Assembly (NCBI GenBank): GCA_021791815.1
Contig: JAJYVV010000002.1
Location: forward strand, 1-52,522
Source: Bacillota bacterium
GTDB lineage: Bacteria; Bacillota; Sulfobacillia; RBS10-35; JAJYVN01
Direction of reading: 5' to 3'
DNA: 52,522 nucleotides
Below the pieces are notes generated by a model. The model ran no database searches. It was not told where the DNA came from and was given only the letters and a program-made list of their open reading frames with translations. Each line of letters starts with the position of its first letter. Positions within the stretch are counted from its first letter, which is position 1. Below, piece after piece: positions 18,296 through 26,768 of the stretch. Position numbers and translations under genes: made by a program.

Positions 18296-20473
18296 TCAGG
18301 GCGTCCCGATGCGGTAAACGGCCTGCGGCGCGAAGCTCACGTGGTCGAAGGTGGCCTGGATGCGCCCGCCGGATGCTCCCCCCGGAAACGCGGCGTCCAC
18401 CGCGCTCACGAACAGGCCGACCCAGACGCCGGCCATCAGCGTCAGGGTCGGGTGCCCGAGCAGCGTCCATGTGGATCCGTCCAGCGACGCCGACGCGGTC
18501 CACACGGCGCCCTGCCGCTGCAGCCGCAGCCAGACGGGCTGCCGCAGCGCGGCCACGCCGGGCCCCGCCCCGGCGACGGACAGCGCGGCGGGGTCGAACG
18601 CGCCCGAGGCTGCCGGGCCGCCGGCCTGGCCCGTCGGGTCGTAGCCGGCGGCGAACCGGAAGATGGTCTGCAGGCCCTGCGACCCCGTGACGGCGACGAA
18701 CGCCGCCGCGGCGTCGTCGCTCAGGTCCCCGCGCGCCATGAGGCCGACCTTGGCCCAGGGCGCGACGCTGGGGCAGTCGAGGTCGACGATCCCGCGGACC
18801 CGGCAGACGAACTCGGCCACGCTGTCGTTGCTGACGACGGCGGCGAGCGTGCCGTTGTCCGATTGCGCGGCCACGTCGCCACCCGAGCCCGTCAGGGCCC
18901 AGACCCCGCCGCCCTGCGCCGCGAGGAGGTCGGCGGCCGGGGTCGCGGCCACGCCCGCGCCCCCGACCGCCGGCGGCGGCAGTACCTGGTCCGCCGTCTG
19001 GCCGGCGAGGTCGTGGACCCTGGCCACCACCTCCGCCACCGCGGCGTCGACGGCCGCGCCGGCCGCCTGCAGCGCGTCGACCTGGGCGCTGACCGCCGCG
19101 AAGGCCGTGGGCACGTCCGTCTGCCGCTCGTTGAGCGCGACGACCTGCGCGGTGATCAGGTGGTCGGAGTGGGCGGCCTGATAGCGGAAGAACTGGGGCG
19201 CGTACCCGTAGCCGCCCTGCGCCGCGTCCCGGAACCAGCCGAGTTGCTTGCCCTTGAGGACGGGCGCGACCTGGACCATCGTCTGCTCCCATTCCTCCCA
19301 GAGCGCAGCGGTGCACGGGGGCAGGAGGGCGGTCTTCATGCAGAAGCGCTGCCAATCGGGTTCGTACGCCAACCACTTGCAGAGCTCCCAGCCCGCCTCG
19401 ACCTCGGGCTGCAGCGCGTTCAGGCCCCAGTAGTCGGCGTTGCCGAAGGTGGCGCGGCCCTGGGGGAAGAGCGGCATCGGCGCGTAGTCCCAAGGGAACT
19501 TCTGCGCGTACGTGGCGACGTCGCTCGCCACCGACCACCCGCCGCTGGAGGCGAACACCGCCTGGCCGGAGTCGAGGCCGGGCCCGAAGTAGCCGACGAC
19601 GTTCTCCCAGATCAGCGGCATCAGCCACTGCCCCGCCTGCACCGACGCGGGGTCCTCGAACAGCGCGCGCGTGCCCGCCGCGTCCATCTCCGCCCCGCCG
19701 AAGGCCGTGAGCAGCCAGTTGGAGTACCGCCACTCCTGCTGCCACCACCAGAGGGTGGCCCCATACCGCGCGGGCGCGCCGCCGGCCGCGGCCCGGGAGC
19801 AGAGGCGCCAGATCTGGGCGGCGTCGAGGTAGGTCCAGTCGGGGTCGGGCGATGCCAGCCCCGCCGCCGCCAGGAGGTCCTTGCGGTAGGCGAGGACCAC
19901 GGGCCCGTCATAGGTGGGCAGCGCGAACTGCTGGCCGCCCTGCTGCAGGGCCTGGAGGTGGGAGGCCGACCACACCGAGGCGTCCAGGCCGTCGCGCCGG
20001 ATGTACGGGTCGAGGGCCACGAACGCCTGCCCCTGCATGTACTGGGGCCAGCGGTCCTGGTAGTCGCAGATCACGGCGGGTCCCCCGCCGGAGAGGATGC
20101 TGGTCACCACGGCCGTTCCGTCCACGCCTCCGCCGTTCGGGCCCGGGATCGCGCGGACGCGGATGCCCGGGCGCGACGCGGTGAAGGCGGCGCACTGCTG
20201 GGCGAGCAGCGAGCGTCCCGTCTGGTCCCAGGCCACCCACCAGGGCATGAAGGTGATGTCGATGACGGGCCGGTTGATCTGCGGGGCCGGCTTCGCCCTG
20301 GCCTCCTGCCGGCAGCCCGCCAGCAGCCCGCCGAGCGCCACGGCCCCCACGCCGCCCGCGGCGGCCCGGAGGGCCTCGCGGCGGCCGACCGCGCCGGGTC
20401 GCAGCTGCGCCGGACCCCTCGCCTCCGACCCGACCGCCGCCGCCCCCTCGCGCGGGGCCGCGCGCGGCCCCAC
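18296..20473 (-). CDS. Extracellular solute-binding lipoprotein (ABC sugar SBP family 1) fused to a C-terminal ConA-like/DUF1349-like domain
   Basis: Tat-like 'GRREALRAAAGG' plus lipobox 'LLAGC'. SBP_bac_1-like body ('IDITFMPWWV..LPTYDGPVVLAYRKDLLAAAGL..'). Ala-rich helical linker. Then 'WAKVGLMARGDLSDDAAAAFVAVTG..VWLRLQRQGAVWTASASLDGSTWTLLG..GLFVSA'. The start is uncertain: GTG 20473 is the first in-frame start upstream of the RR motif, and its SD is weak. Confidence 0.8.
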   Translation of the reverse strand: MGPRAAPREGAAAVGSEARGPAQLRPGAVGRREALRAAAGGVGAVALGGLLAGCRQEARAKPAPQINRPVIDITFMPWWVAWDQTGRSLLAQQCAAFTASRPGIRVRAIPGPNGGGVDGTAVVTSILSGGGPAVICDYQDRWPQYMQGQAFVALDPYIRRDGLDASVWSASHLQALQQGGQQFALPTYDGPVVLAYRKDLLAAAGLASPDPDWTYLDAAQIWRLCSRAAAGGAPARYGATLWWWQQEWRYSNWLLTAFGGAEMDAAGTRALFEDPASVQAGQWLMPLIWENVVGYFGPGLDSGQAVFASSGGWSVASDVATYAQKFPWDYAPMPLFPQGRATFGNADYWGLNALQPEVEAGWELCKWLAYEPDWQRFCMKTALLPPCTAALWEEWEQTMVQVAPVLKGKQLGWFRDAAQGGYGYAPQFFRYQAAHSDHLITAQVVALNERQTDVPTAFAAVSAQVDALQAAGAAVDAAVAEVVARVHDLAGQTADQVLPPPAVGGAGVAATPAADLLAAQGGGVWALTGSGGDVAAQSDNGTLAAVVSNDSVAEFVCRVRGIVDLDCPSVAPWAKVGLMARGDLSDDAAAAFVAVTGSQGLQTIFRFAAGYDPTGQAGGPAASGAFDPAALSVAGAGPGVAALRQPVWLRLQRQGAVWTASASLDGSTWTLLGHPTLTLMAGVWVGLFVSAVDAAFPGGASGGRIQATFDHVSFAPQAVYRIGTP

Positions 20474-20478
20474 GCCCG

Positions 20479-21510
20479 TCAGATGTACTGCAGCCCGTCG
20501 TTGCGCGGCAGCTCCCATGCGGCGGCGAGGGACGCGGTCCACGCCGCCGCGGCGTCCGGCTCGCCGGGGTCTGCCCAGGCCGGGAGCGGCGCGCCGTCCG
20601 GGGCCACGCCGCAGCGGCGGGGGTCCACGACCCGCGCCGTGCCCTGGTGCGGCACCTCGTCCGCCTCGACCCCCAGACGGCGCAGGGCCTCCAGAAGATC
20701 CCCGTCGCCGGGCTGCGCCTGCAGCACGGCGGTCTCGCAGCCCGTGGCCTCCAGGATCGCGGCCAGCCCTCCGAGCACCGCCGCCCGCGGTCCCGCGAAC
20801 TCGTCGATGGGCACGGATGGCGGCCCCGCGTCCGCTGCCCGGCGGGGGGTGCCCCACAGCAGGTACGCGGCGGGGCCTCCGCCGCCCGCCGGCCGCACCA
20901 GGGCGGCGCCCCGGCCATCGCCGGCCGTCAGGTATCCCTTGGCCGGGAGCAGCAGGAGCCAGTCCCCGGCCGTGCGGTGGTAGCGGACCGGTTCCCGGGC
21001 CTGCAGGTCGGCCATCGCCGCCGCGGCGCCGTCGGCCGGCGGGCCGAGGCGGTCGAGGGACCATCCGGAGGCCAGGGCCTCCGCCGCGGCGCGCCCCACG
21101 CGGAAGCGCAGGAGCCGCCCGAATTTGCGGGCGCCGATCCTCCGGTACAGGCTCCGGTCGCCGGAGATGAGCAGCAGCCCGACGCCCGCCTCCCGGAGGC
21201 GCGGCAGGGCGTCCGCGAGCAGCGCGCCCGCCAGCCCGCGGCCCCGGTAGTCGGGCCGCGTGCAGACGGCCCCCAGGTGCGCGACGGCGAGGTCGCGCCC
21301 GTGGCTGCGGATCCGGCCGAGCCAGAAGCCGGCGTGGGACACGGCGACGTCGCCGTCCCAAAAGGTGCGCAGCCACTCCGCGTTGCTCGCGCGGAAGAGG
21401 GTGGGGAAGTGGGGGCCCATCGAGCGCTGCTCCGCGCTGAAGACGTCGTCGGCGAGCGTCACGACCTGGGGCAGCTCGTCCGGGCGCGCGCCGCGCGGAC
21501 CGTCCAACAC
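20479..21510 (-). CDS. GNAT family N-acetyltransferase (Eis-like, with C-terminal extension)
   Basis: GTG 21510 lies 7 nt after GGAGGAGGG. 'LGAVCTRPDYRGRGLAGALLADALPRLREAGVGLLLISG' is the acetyl-CoA-binding motif A region. 343 aa. Confidence 0.75.
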   Translation of the reverse strand: MLDGPRGARPDELPQVVTLADDVFSAEQRSMGPHFPTLFRASNAEWLRTFWDGDVAVSHAGFWLGRIRSHGRDLAVAHLGAVCTRPDYRGRGLAGALLADALPRLREAGVGLLLISGDRSLYRRIGARKFGRLLRFRVGRAAAEALASGWSLDRLGPPADGAAAAMADLQAREPVRYHRTAGDWLLLLPAKGYLTAGDGRGAALVRPAGGGGPAAYLLWGTPRRAADAGPPSVPIDEFAGPRAAVLGGLAAILEATGCETAVLQAQPGDGDLLEALRRLGVEADEVPHQGTARVVDPRRCGVAPDGAPLPAWADPGEPDAAAAWTASLAAAWELPRNDGLQYI

Positions 21511-21686
21511 GGGGCAGCCCTCCTCCGGCGGACGCCGCGGCCCGCCGGGCCGCTGGTCGTGCGTTCGCCGCCCGCGCGCGCCGACCCTGTCCGTGCCGCC
21601 TGGAAAGCCGGCCCGGCGAGAGGACGGCGGGGGCGCGGGCGGAACTTCCCGCCCCTGGGACACCGTCGGAGGGGGCGGGCGCACCG

Positions 21687-22823
21687 ATGCGCGTCGCGAT
21701 CGGCCAGTTCGGGGGACCGACGCCGGTCCTGAACGCGTCGCTGTTCGGGGCGCTCGAGGTTTTCGCGGCGGCCGGCGGGGAGGCCCGCGGCGTCCGAGGC
21801 GGCGCGCGCGGCCTCGAGGCGGGCGACCTCCTGCCCCTGGACGGACCCCCGCAGCACTGGCTGCTCGAGGCGCCGGGCGCCGCGCTCGGCGCCGGGCGCC
21901 ACCGCCTCGACGCCGAGGGGCTGGACCGGGCACTGCAGGCGCTGCGCCGGGCGCAGTGCGACGCGCTCCTGGTGTGCGGGGGCAACGGGACCATGGCGCT
22001 GGGCGCCGCCCTCGCGGACGCGGCGGCCCGGAGCGGAGCGCCCCTGCTCGTCGCGGGCGTGCCCAAGACCATCGACAACGACATCGAGGGCACCGACCAC
22101 TCGCCCGGCTATCCCAGCGCGGCGACCTTCGTCGCCCGCGCGTTCCGGGACCTGGGCACAGACCTGCGCGCCATGGCGGGGTTCGAGGATATCCGCCTCG
22201 TCGAGGTCATGGGCCGGGACGCCGGCTGGCTGTGCGGCGCCGCTGCCCTGGCGCGAGCCCACCCGGCCGATATGCCGCAACTGGTGCTGCTGCCCGAGGT
22301 GCCCGTGGACCCGCAGGCGCTGGCCGAGGAGGTGCGGCGCCTCCACGCCCGCGACGGTAGCGTGCTCGTCGCGGTCGCGGAGGGCGTGCGGACGGCGGAC
22401 GGCCGCCGGCCGGGGGCCGGCGCGCTGGACGCCGCCGGGCGGCGTCCCGTCCTCGGCGGGGCGGCCCGGACCCTGGCGGAGGTATTGCGCGCCCGCCTCG
22501 GGCTGGCCGTCCGCGGCGAGAGCCTGGCGTTCCTGCCACGCTGCCTCGCCTCCGCGGCCACGGCCCTCGACCGCTCCGAGGCCCGGCGCCTCGGCCGCCG
22601 CGCCGCCCGGGAACTGCTGGCAGGCCGGGGCGGCGTGATGGCGGCCCTGGCGCCGCGGGCCGCCGGCGAGACGCGCGGCGCCATCCGCTGCGTGCCGCTG
22701 TCGGATGTCGCCGGCAGGGACCGGCCTCTCCCGCCGGGAATGCGCGACCTGGGGCCGGCGTTCGCCGCATGGCTCGCCCCGCTTCTCGACCTGCCGCGAC
22801 CCTGGCCGCGGGTGACCTGGTGA
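21687..22823 (+). CDS. Phosphofructokinase-family (PfkA-fold) sugar-phosphate kinase
   Basis: 'GGPTPVLNASL', 'LLVCGGNGTM', 'GVPKTIDNDIEGTDHSPGY' and 'VEVMGRDAGWL' correspond to the PFK GGDGS / PKTIDND / MGR motifs, with GGNGT replacing GGDGS. Substrate and phosphoryl donor are not inferable. Confidence 0.8.
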   Translation: MRVAIGQFGGPTPVLNASLFGALEVFAAAGGEARGVRGGARGLEAGDLLPLDGPPQHWLLEAPGAALGAGRHRLDAEGLDRALQALRRAQCDALLVCGGNGTMALGAALADAAARSGAPLLVAGVPKTIDNDIEGTDHSPGYPSAATFVARAFRDLGTDLRAMAGFEDIRLVEVMGRDAGWLCGAAALARAHPADMPQLVLLPEVPVDPQALAEEVRRLHARDGSVLVAVAEGVRTADGRRPGAGALDAAGRRPVLGGAARTLAEVLRARLGLAVRGESLAFLPRCLASAATALDRSEARRLGRRAARELLAGRGGVMAALAPRAAGETRGAIRCVPLSDVAGRDRPLPPGMRDLGPAFAAWLAPLLDLPRPWPRVTW

Positions 22824-22866
22824 GCGGGAGGCACACGCCGAGGAGGAAAGGGGGCTGAGGTCCGCG

Positions 22867-23721
22867 ATGCCCCTCCGCTCCGCCCTCGACCTCCTGCCCC
22901 GCGCCCGCGCGGCGGGTCACGCGGTCGGCGCGTTCAGCATCCACAGCCCCGAGATGGTCGAGGCGGTCTTCGACGCCGCCGAGGCCGCGGCCGCGCCGGT
23001 GATCCTGCAGGTCGGCCGTCGCGCCGTGCGCAACTCGGGCGTGGAGCAGTGCTGCGCCTGGGTTCGGCAACGGGCGTCGCGGAGCGCGGTGCCGGCCTGC
23101 CTGCACCTGGACCACGCGCTCGACTTTGACGCCGTCGTGCGCGGGCTCCGCGCCGGCTGCACCTCGGTGATGTATGACGGAGCGGAACTGCCCCTCGCCG
23201 AGAACGCGCGCCGCACGGCGGAGATCGTGCGCCTGGCGCATGCCGCGGGCGTGCCGGTCGAGGCCGAGGTCGGCCGGGTCGGGGGCGTGGAGGACGACAT
23301 CTCGGTGGAGGAGGCCGAGGCGCGCCTGGCCGGTCCGGAGGCCTGCGCGCGCTTCGTCGCCGAGACGGGCTGCGACAGCCTGGCGCCGGCGGTCGGCTCC
23401 GTGCACGGCCTGGGGTCCGGGGTGCCGCGCCTCCGCATCGACCTCCTCCGCCGGATCGCGGCGGTCGTCCCGCTGCCGCTGGTGCTGCACGGCGGGTCTG
23501 GACTGGACGGGGCGCAGATGCGCGCCGCGATCGGCGCCGGGGTGGCCAAGGTCAACATCGACACGGAACTGCGCCGCGCCTTCGTGGCGGGCCTGCGCGA
23601 GGGGCTGGAGGCCCACGGTCCCACCGACGACCCGGCGCTGGCGCTGGCGGCCGGTACCGCCGCCGTCCGCGCGCAGGTCGCGGCGCGGATCGCCGACTTC
23701 GGCGCCGCGGGCCAGGCCTGA
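22867..23721 (+). CDS. Class II ketose-bisphosphate aldolase (FBA/tagatose-bisphosphate aldolase family)
   Basis: 'AVGAFSIHSPEMVEAVFDAAE', 'CLHLDHA', 'VEAEVG', 'LVLHGGSG' and 'KVNIDTEL' are class II aldolase Zn-ligand and phosphate-site motifs. Confidence 0.9.
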   Translation: MPLRSALDLLPRARAAGHAVGAFSIHSPEMVEAVFDAAEAAAAPVILQVGRRAVRNSGVEQCCAWVRQRASRSAVPACLHLDHALDFDAVVRGLRAGCTSVMYDGAELPLAENARRTAEIVRLAHAAGVPVEAEVGRVGGVEDDISVEEAEARLAGPEACARFVAETGCDSLAPAVGSVHGLGSGVPRLRIDLLRRIAAVVPLPLVLHGGSGLDGAQMRAAIGAGVAKVNIDTELRRAFVAGLREGLEAHGPTDDPALALAAGTAAVRAQVAARIADFGAAGQA

Positions 23722-23748
23722 CGGTCCGCCGGGCCCGCGAGTCCCGGA

Positions 23749-24720
23749 ATGGACGGGGAGGGTCGGAACACGCCCCACCGGGTGTTGGTCGCGGAATTCA
23801 TGGATACGGAGGGCCTGCGGGCCCTGCGGGACGACTTCGACGTCGTCTACGTCCCGGGACTGGGGGAGGACCGCGGCGGGCTGCTGCGGGCCTGCCCGGG
23901 CGCCGCGGCCCTGGTCGTGCGCAACCGCTGCCGCGTCGACGCCGAGGTGCTCCGGGCGGCCGGACCCGGGCTGCGCGTCGTGGGGCGGCTCGGCGCCGGG
24001 CTGGACAACGTCGACCTGGAGGCGTGCCGCGCGGCCGCCGTCCGGGTCGTGTTCGCGCGGGGCGCCAACGCGGACGCGGTATGCGAGTACGTGTTCGCGG
24101 CACTGCTCCTCCGCTGCCGGCGGCTCGCCGCGGCCGAGCGCGAGGTCCGCTCGGGCGGCTGGCCCCGGGAGGCGTTCATCGGCACCGAACTGGGCGGCAA
24201 GACCATCGGGCTGCTCGGCCTCGGCGAGGTGGGCCGGCGCGTCGCGGAACGGGCGCGCGCCTTCGGCCTCGAGGTGCTGGGCTACGACCCGGGGCTGCCG
24301 CCGGACCGGCTCGCGGCCGTCCCCGCGCGCATCGAGCCCTTCGAGGACATCCTCGCGGCCGCCGACTTCGTGAGCCTCCACCTGCCGCTCCTGCCGGAGA
24401 CCCGCCACCTGATCGATGCCCGCGCGCTGGCGCGGATGCGGCCCGGCGCGGTCCTGGTCAACGCCGCGCGGGGCGGGATCGTCGACGAGGCGGCGCTGCT
24501 CGCCGCGCTGCGGGCCGGGCGCCCGGGCGGTGCCGTCCTCGACGTGCGCGAGGCCGAACCGCCCCCGAGCCCGGATCCGCTGGCCGAGCTCCCAGAGGTG
24601 CTGCTGACGCCGCACCTGGCCGGACTCACCGCCGAGGCGCAGGCCCGCGTGGGATGCATGATTGCCGCGGGCGTCCGGGCGGTGTTGGCGGGGGCGGAAC
24701 CCGCGGCGGCGGCCGTCTGA
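23749..24720 (+). CDS. D-isomer-specific 2-hydroxyacid dehydrogenase (SerA/PdxB-like)
   Basis: 'GKTIGLLGLGEVGRRVAERARAFG' (NAD fold), 'LVNAARGGIVDEAAL', 'GAVLDV' and 'LTPHLAG'. The start codon choice is uncertain because no clear SD precedes ATG 23749. Confidence 0.9.
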   Translation: MDGEGRNTPHRVLVAEFMDTEGLRALRDDFDVVYVPGLGEDRGGLLRACPGAAALVVRNRCRVDAEVLRAAGPGLRVVGRLGAGLDNVDLEACRAAAVRVVFARGANADAVCEYVFAALLLRCRRLAAAEREVRSGGWPREAFIGTELGGKTIGLLGLGEVGRRVAERARAFGLEVLGYDPGLPPDRLAAVPARIEPFEDILAAADFVSLHLPLLPETRHLIDARALARMRPGAVLVNAARGGIVDEAALLAALRAGRPGGAVLDVREAEPPPSPDPLAELPEVLLTPHLAGLTAEAQARVGCMIAAGVRAVLAGAEPAAAAV

Positions 24721-24767
24721 CGCCGCCGGTCCCGGGGATCCGCGCCGCCCGCGGGAGGGACAGGCGG

Positions 24768-25994
24768 TTGGAGTCGAGGGGATCGCTCGGCAGTACCCTG
24801 GCGTACCTCGAGTGCCCGCGCTGCGGGGAGCGGTTCGCCGCCGACCGGCCCGCCAACGTCTGCGGTTGCGGATCGCCGCTGCTCGCGCGGTACGACCTGG
24901 CCGCGGCGGCCGCGCGGCTGCCGCGCGAAGCCCTGGCCGGCCGCCGGGCGGACCTGTGGCGCTACGCCGAGGTGCTGCCCGTGCGCGACCCGGCGTGCGT
25001 CGTCACGCTGGGAGAGGGCTTCACGCCTCTCCTCGACGCGCCGCGGCTCGGCGCTTCCCTGGGGCTGTCCGACCTGTGGATCAAGGACGAGGGCCAGAAC
25101 CCCACCGGCACCTTCAAGGCCCGCGGCGCGGCGGTCGGCGTCTCCCGGGCCCTGGAGCTGGGTGTCGCCGCCCTGCGCATGCCCACCGCGGGCAACGCCG
25201 GGGGCGCGTGGGCGGCGTACGCCGCGCGCGCGGGGCTGCCGCTGCTGGTGGCCATGCCGGCCGACGCCCCGCCCATCAACCGGCGCGAGACCGTCCTGGC
25301 CGGAGCCTCCACGTACCTCGTACGGGGCCTGATCTCGGACGCGGGCGCGCTCGTGGCCCGCAGCGGCGCGCGCACGGGCGCGTTCGACGCCGCCACGCTG
25401 CGGGAGCCGTACCGCATCGAGGGCAAGAAGACCATGGGGTACGAGATCGCCGAGCAGTTCGGCTGGAGCCTGCCCTCCGCGATCATCTACCCCGCCGGAG
25501 GCGGCGTCGGCGTCATCGGCATCTGGAAGGCGCTGCAGGAGATGGAGGCCATGGGCTGGATCTCCGGCCCGCCGCCCCGCCTCGTCATCGTCCAGGCCGA
25601 AGGCTGCAGGCCGCTCGTGGAGGCCTTCCGGGCGGGGGCTGACGCCTCCACGTTCTGGACGGGCGCGGAGACGGTCGCCGCCGGCCTGCGCGTCCCGAAG
25701 GCCCTGGGCGACTTCCTCGTGCTGCGGGCGGTCCGCGAGACCGGCGGCACGGCGGTGGCGGTGTCCGACGACGACATCCGGGCGGCCATGCGTCTCACGG
25801 CCCGGGCGGAGGGCCTGTGGATCTGTCCGGAGGGCGCCGCGGCCGTCGCGGCCGCGGCCAGGCTCCGCACCTCGGGGTTCTTCGCGGCGGGGGACCGCGT
25901 GGTCGTGCTCAACACCGGGACGGGCCTGAAGTATCCGGAGCTGGGCCCGCCCGACCCGCCGGTGCTCGATCCGGGGGATGAGATCCCGGACTGA
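24768..25994 (+). CDS. Threonine-synthase-fold PLP enzyme (ThrC family) with N-terminal zinc ribbon
   Basis: TTG 24768 lies 7 nt after GGGAGGGA. 'LECPRCGERF..CGCGSPL' zinc ribbon. PLP-lysine motif 'NPTGTFKARGAAV'. 'PTAGNAGGAWAAYAA' and 'VLNTGTGLKYPE' are also present. Confidence 0.8.
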   Translation: MESRGSLGSTLAYLECPRCGERFAADRPANVCGCGSPLLARYDLAAAAARLPREALAGRRADLWRYAEVLPVRDPACVVTLGEGFTPLLDAPRLGASLGLSDLWIKDEGQNPTGTFKARGAAVGVSRALELGVAALRMPTAGNAGGAWAAYAARAGLPLLVAMPADAPPINRRETVLAGASTYLVRGLISDAGALVARSGARTGAFDAATLREPYRIEGKKTMGYEIAEQFGWSLPSAIIYPAGGGVGVIGIWKALQEMEAMGWISGPPPRLVIVQAEGCRPLVEAFRAGADASTFWTGAETVAAGLRVPKALGDFLVLRAVRETGGTAVAVSDDDIRAAMRLTARAEGLWICPEGAAAVAAAARLRTSGFFAAGDRVVVLNTGTGLKYPELGPPDPPVLDPGDEIPD

Positions 25995-26070
25995 GGTGGC
26001 GCGGGCGCCGCGTCGCCCGCGCCTGCTCCCCAGGCTCCCGCCAGATCGTGCTCGCAACGAGGTGGTGGCG

Positions 26071-26640
26071 ATGCCGAGGCGTCATGTGTCCCGCGCAGGC
26101 GCGCGCCCGCGCTCCACGGCCGCGCTGGCCCAACTGCGGTCCGACGACGCCGCGGCGGTGCTCCGGCTCCTCCTGCGGGCGCACCCGGAGCTTGGCGCCG
26201 AGGCGGAGCGGCTGGCGCGGGACCAACTCGACCGGGTGTCGGTGGAGGCGATCGCGGAGGACGTCGAGGCCGCCCTCCGCGCCCTGGACGTCGACGACCT
26301 GAACAGCCGCGCCGGCGTCCACGACGGCGACTACACCGATCCCAGCGAAGCGGCCTGGGCGCTGCTCGACGAAGCCGTGGAGCCCCACATGGACGACGTC
26401 CGCCGCCGCCTCGCCGCGGGCATGCATGCGGAGGCGTTGGCGACTCTGCGCGGCATCCTCACCGGCCTGTACGCCGTCCGCGATGGCGGCGCCGACGGGT
26501 CGGTGCTGGCGTGGGCGCCGGACTGGCCCCACGCGGCAGCGGCCGACGTGGTGGCCGCTTGGCGGGCCGCCGGCCAGCGGCTCCCCGCGCGCCTCCTCGA
26601 CCGCGTCGTCCCGGATTGGGCGGGTACGATGGGCCGGTGA
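26071..26640 (+). CDS. Hypothetical acidic helical protein
   Basis: ATG 26071 follows GAGGTGGTGG. 189 aa, Asp/Ala/Leu-rich, no family recognised. Same strand as the ThrC-like gene and 76 nt downstream of it. Confidence 0.5.
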   Translation: MPRRHVSRAGARPRSTAALAQLRSDDAAAVLRLLLRAHPELGAEAERLARDQLDRVSVEAIAEDVEAALRALDVDDLNSRAGVHDGDYTDPSEAAWALLDEAVEPHMDDVRRRLAAGMHAEALATLRGILTGLYAVRDGGADGSVLAWAPDWPHAAAADVVAAWRAAGQRLPARLLDRVVPDWAGTMGR

Positions 26641-26768
26641 GCGGCGCCGCCGCCCTGGCGCCGGCCCGGGCCGCGGAGGGGGCCCCACGGATCCGGCCGC
26701 CGGAGCATGGTGCCCGACACCCCGAGGCCGGCCACTGCCCCGCCCCGGCGGCCGATCGCCGGCGCTCC

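Noticed and set aside
16053-18317. 754-aa plus-strand ORF
   Set aside because: Only the first ~130-150 aa look protein-like (Rpn-like, reported as a pseudogene). The remainder overlaps the GH84 gene out of frame.
18296-22093. 1265-aa minus-strand ORF extending the solute-binding protein upstream across the GNAT gene
   Set aside because: The N-terminal ~540 aa are Arg/Gly/Pro/Ala junk overlapping the GNAT gene out of frame. The Tat/lipobox signal of the real protein lies in the middle of the ORF.
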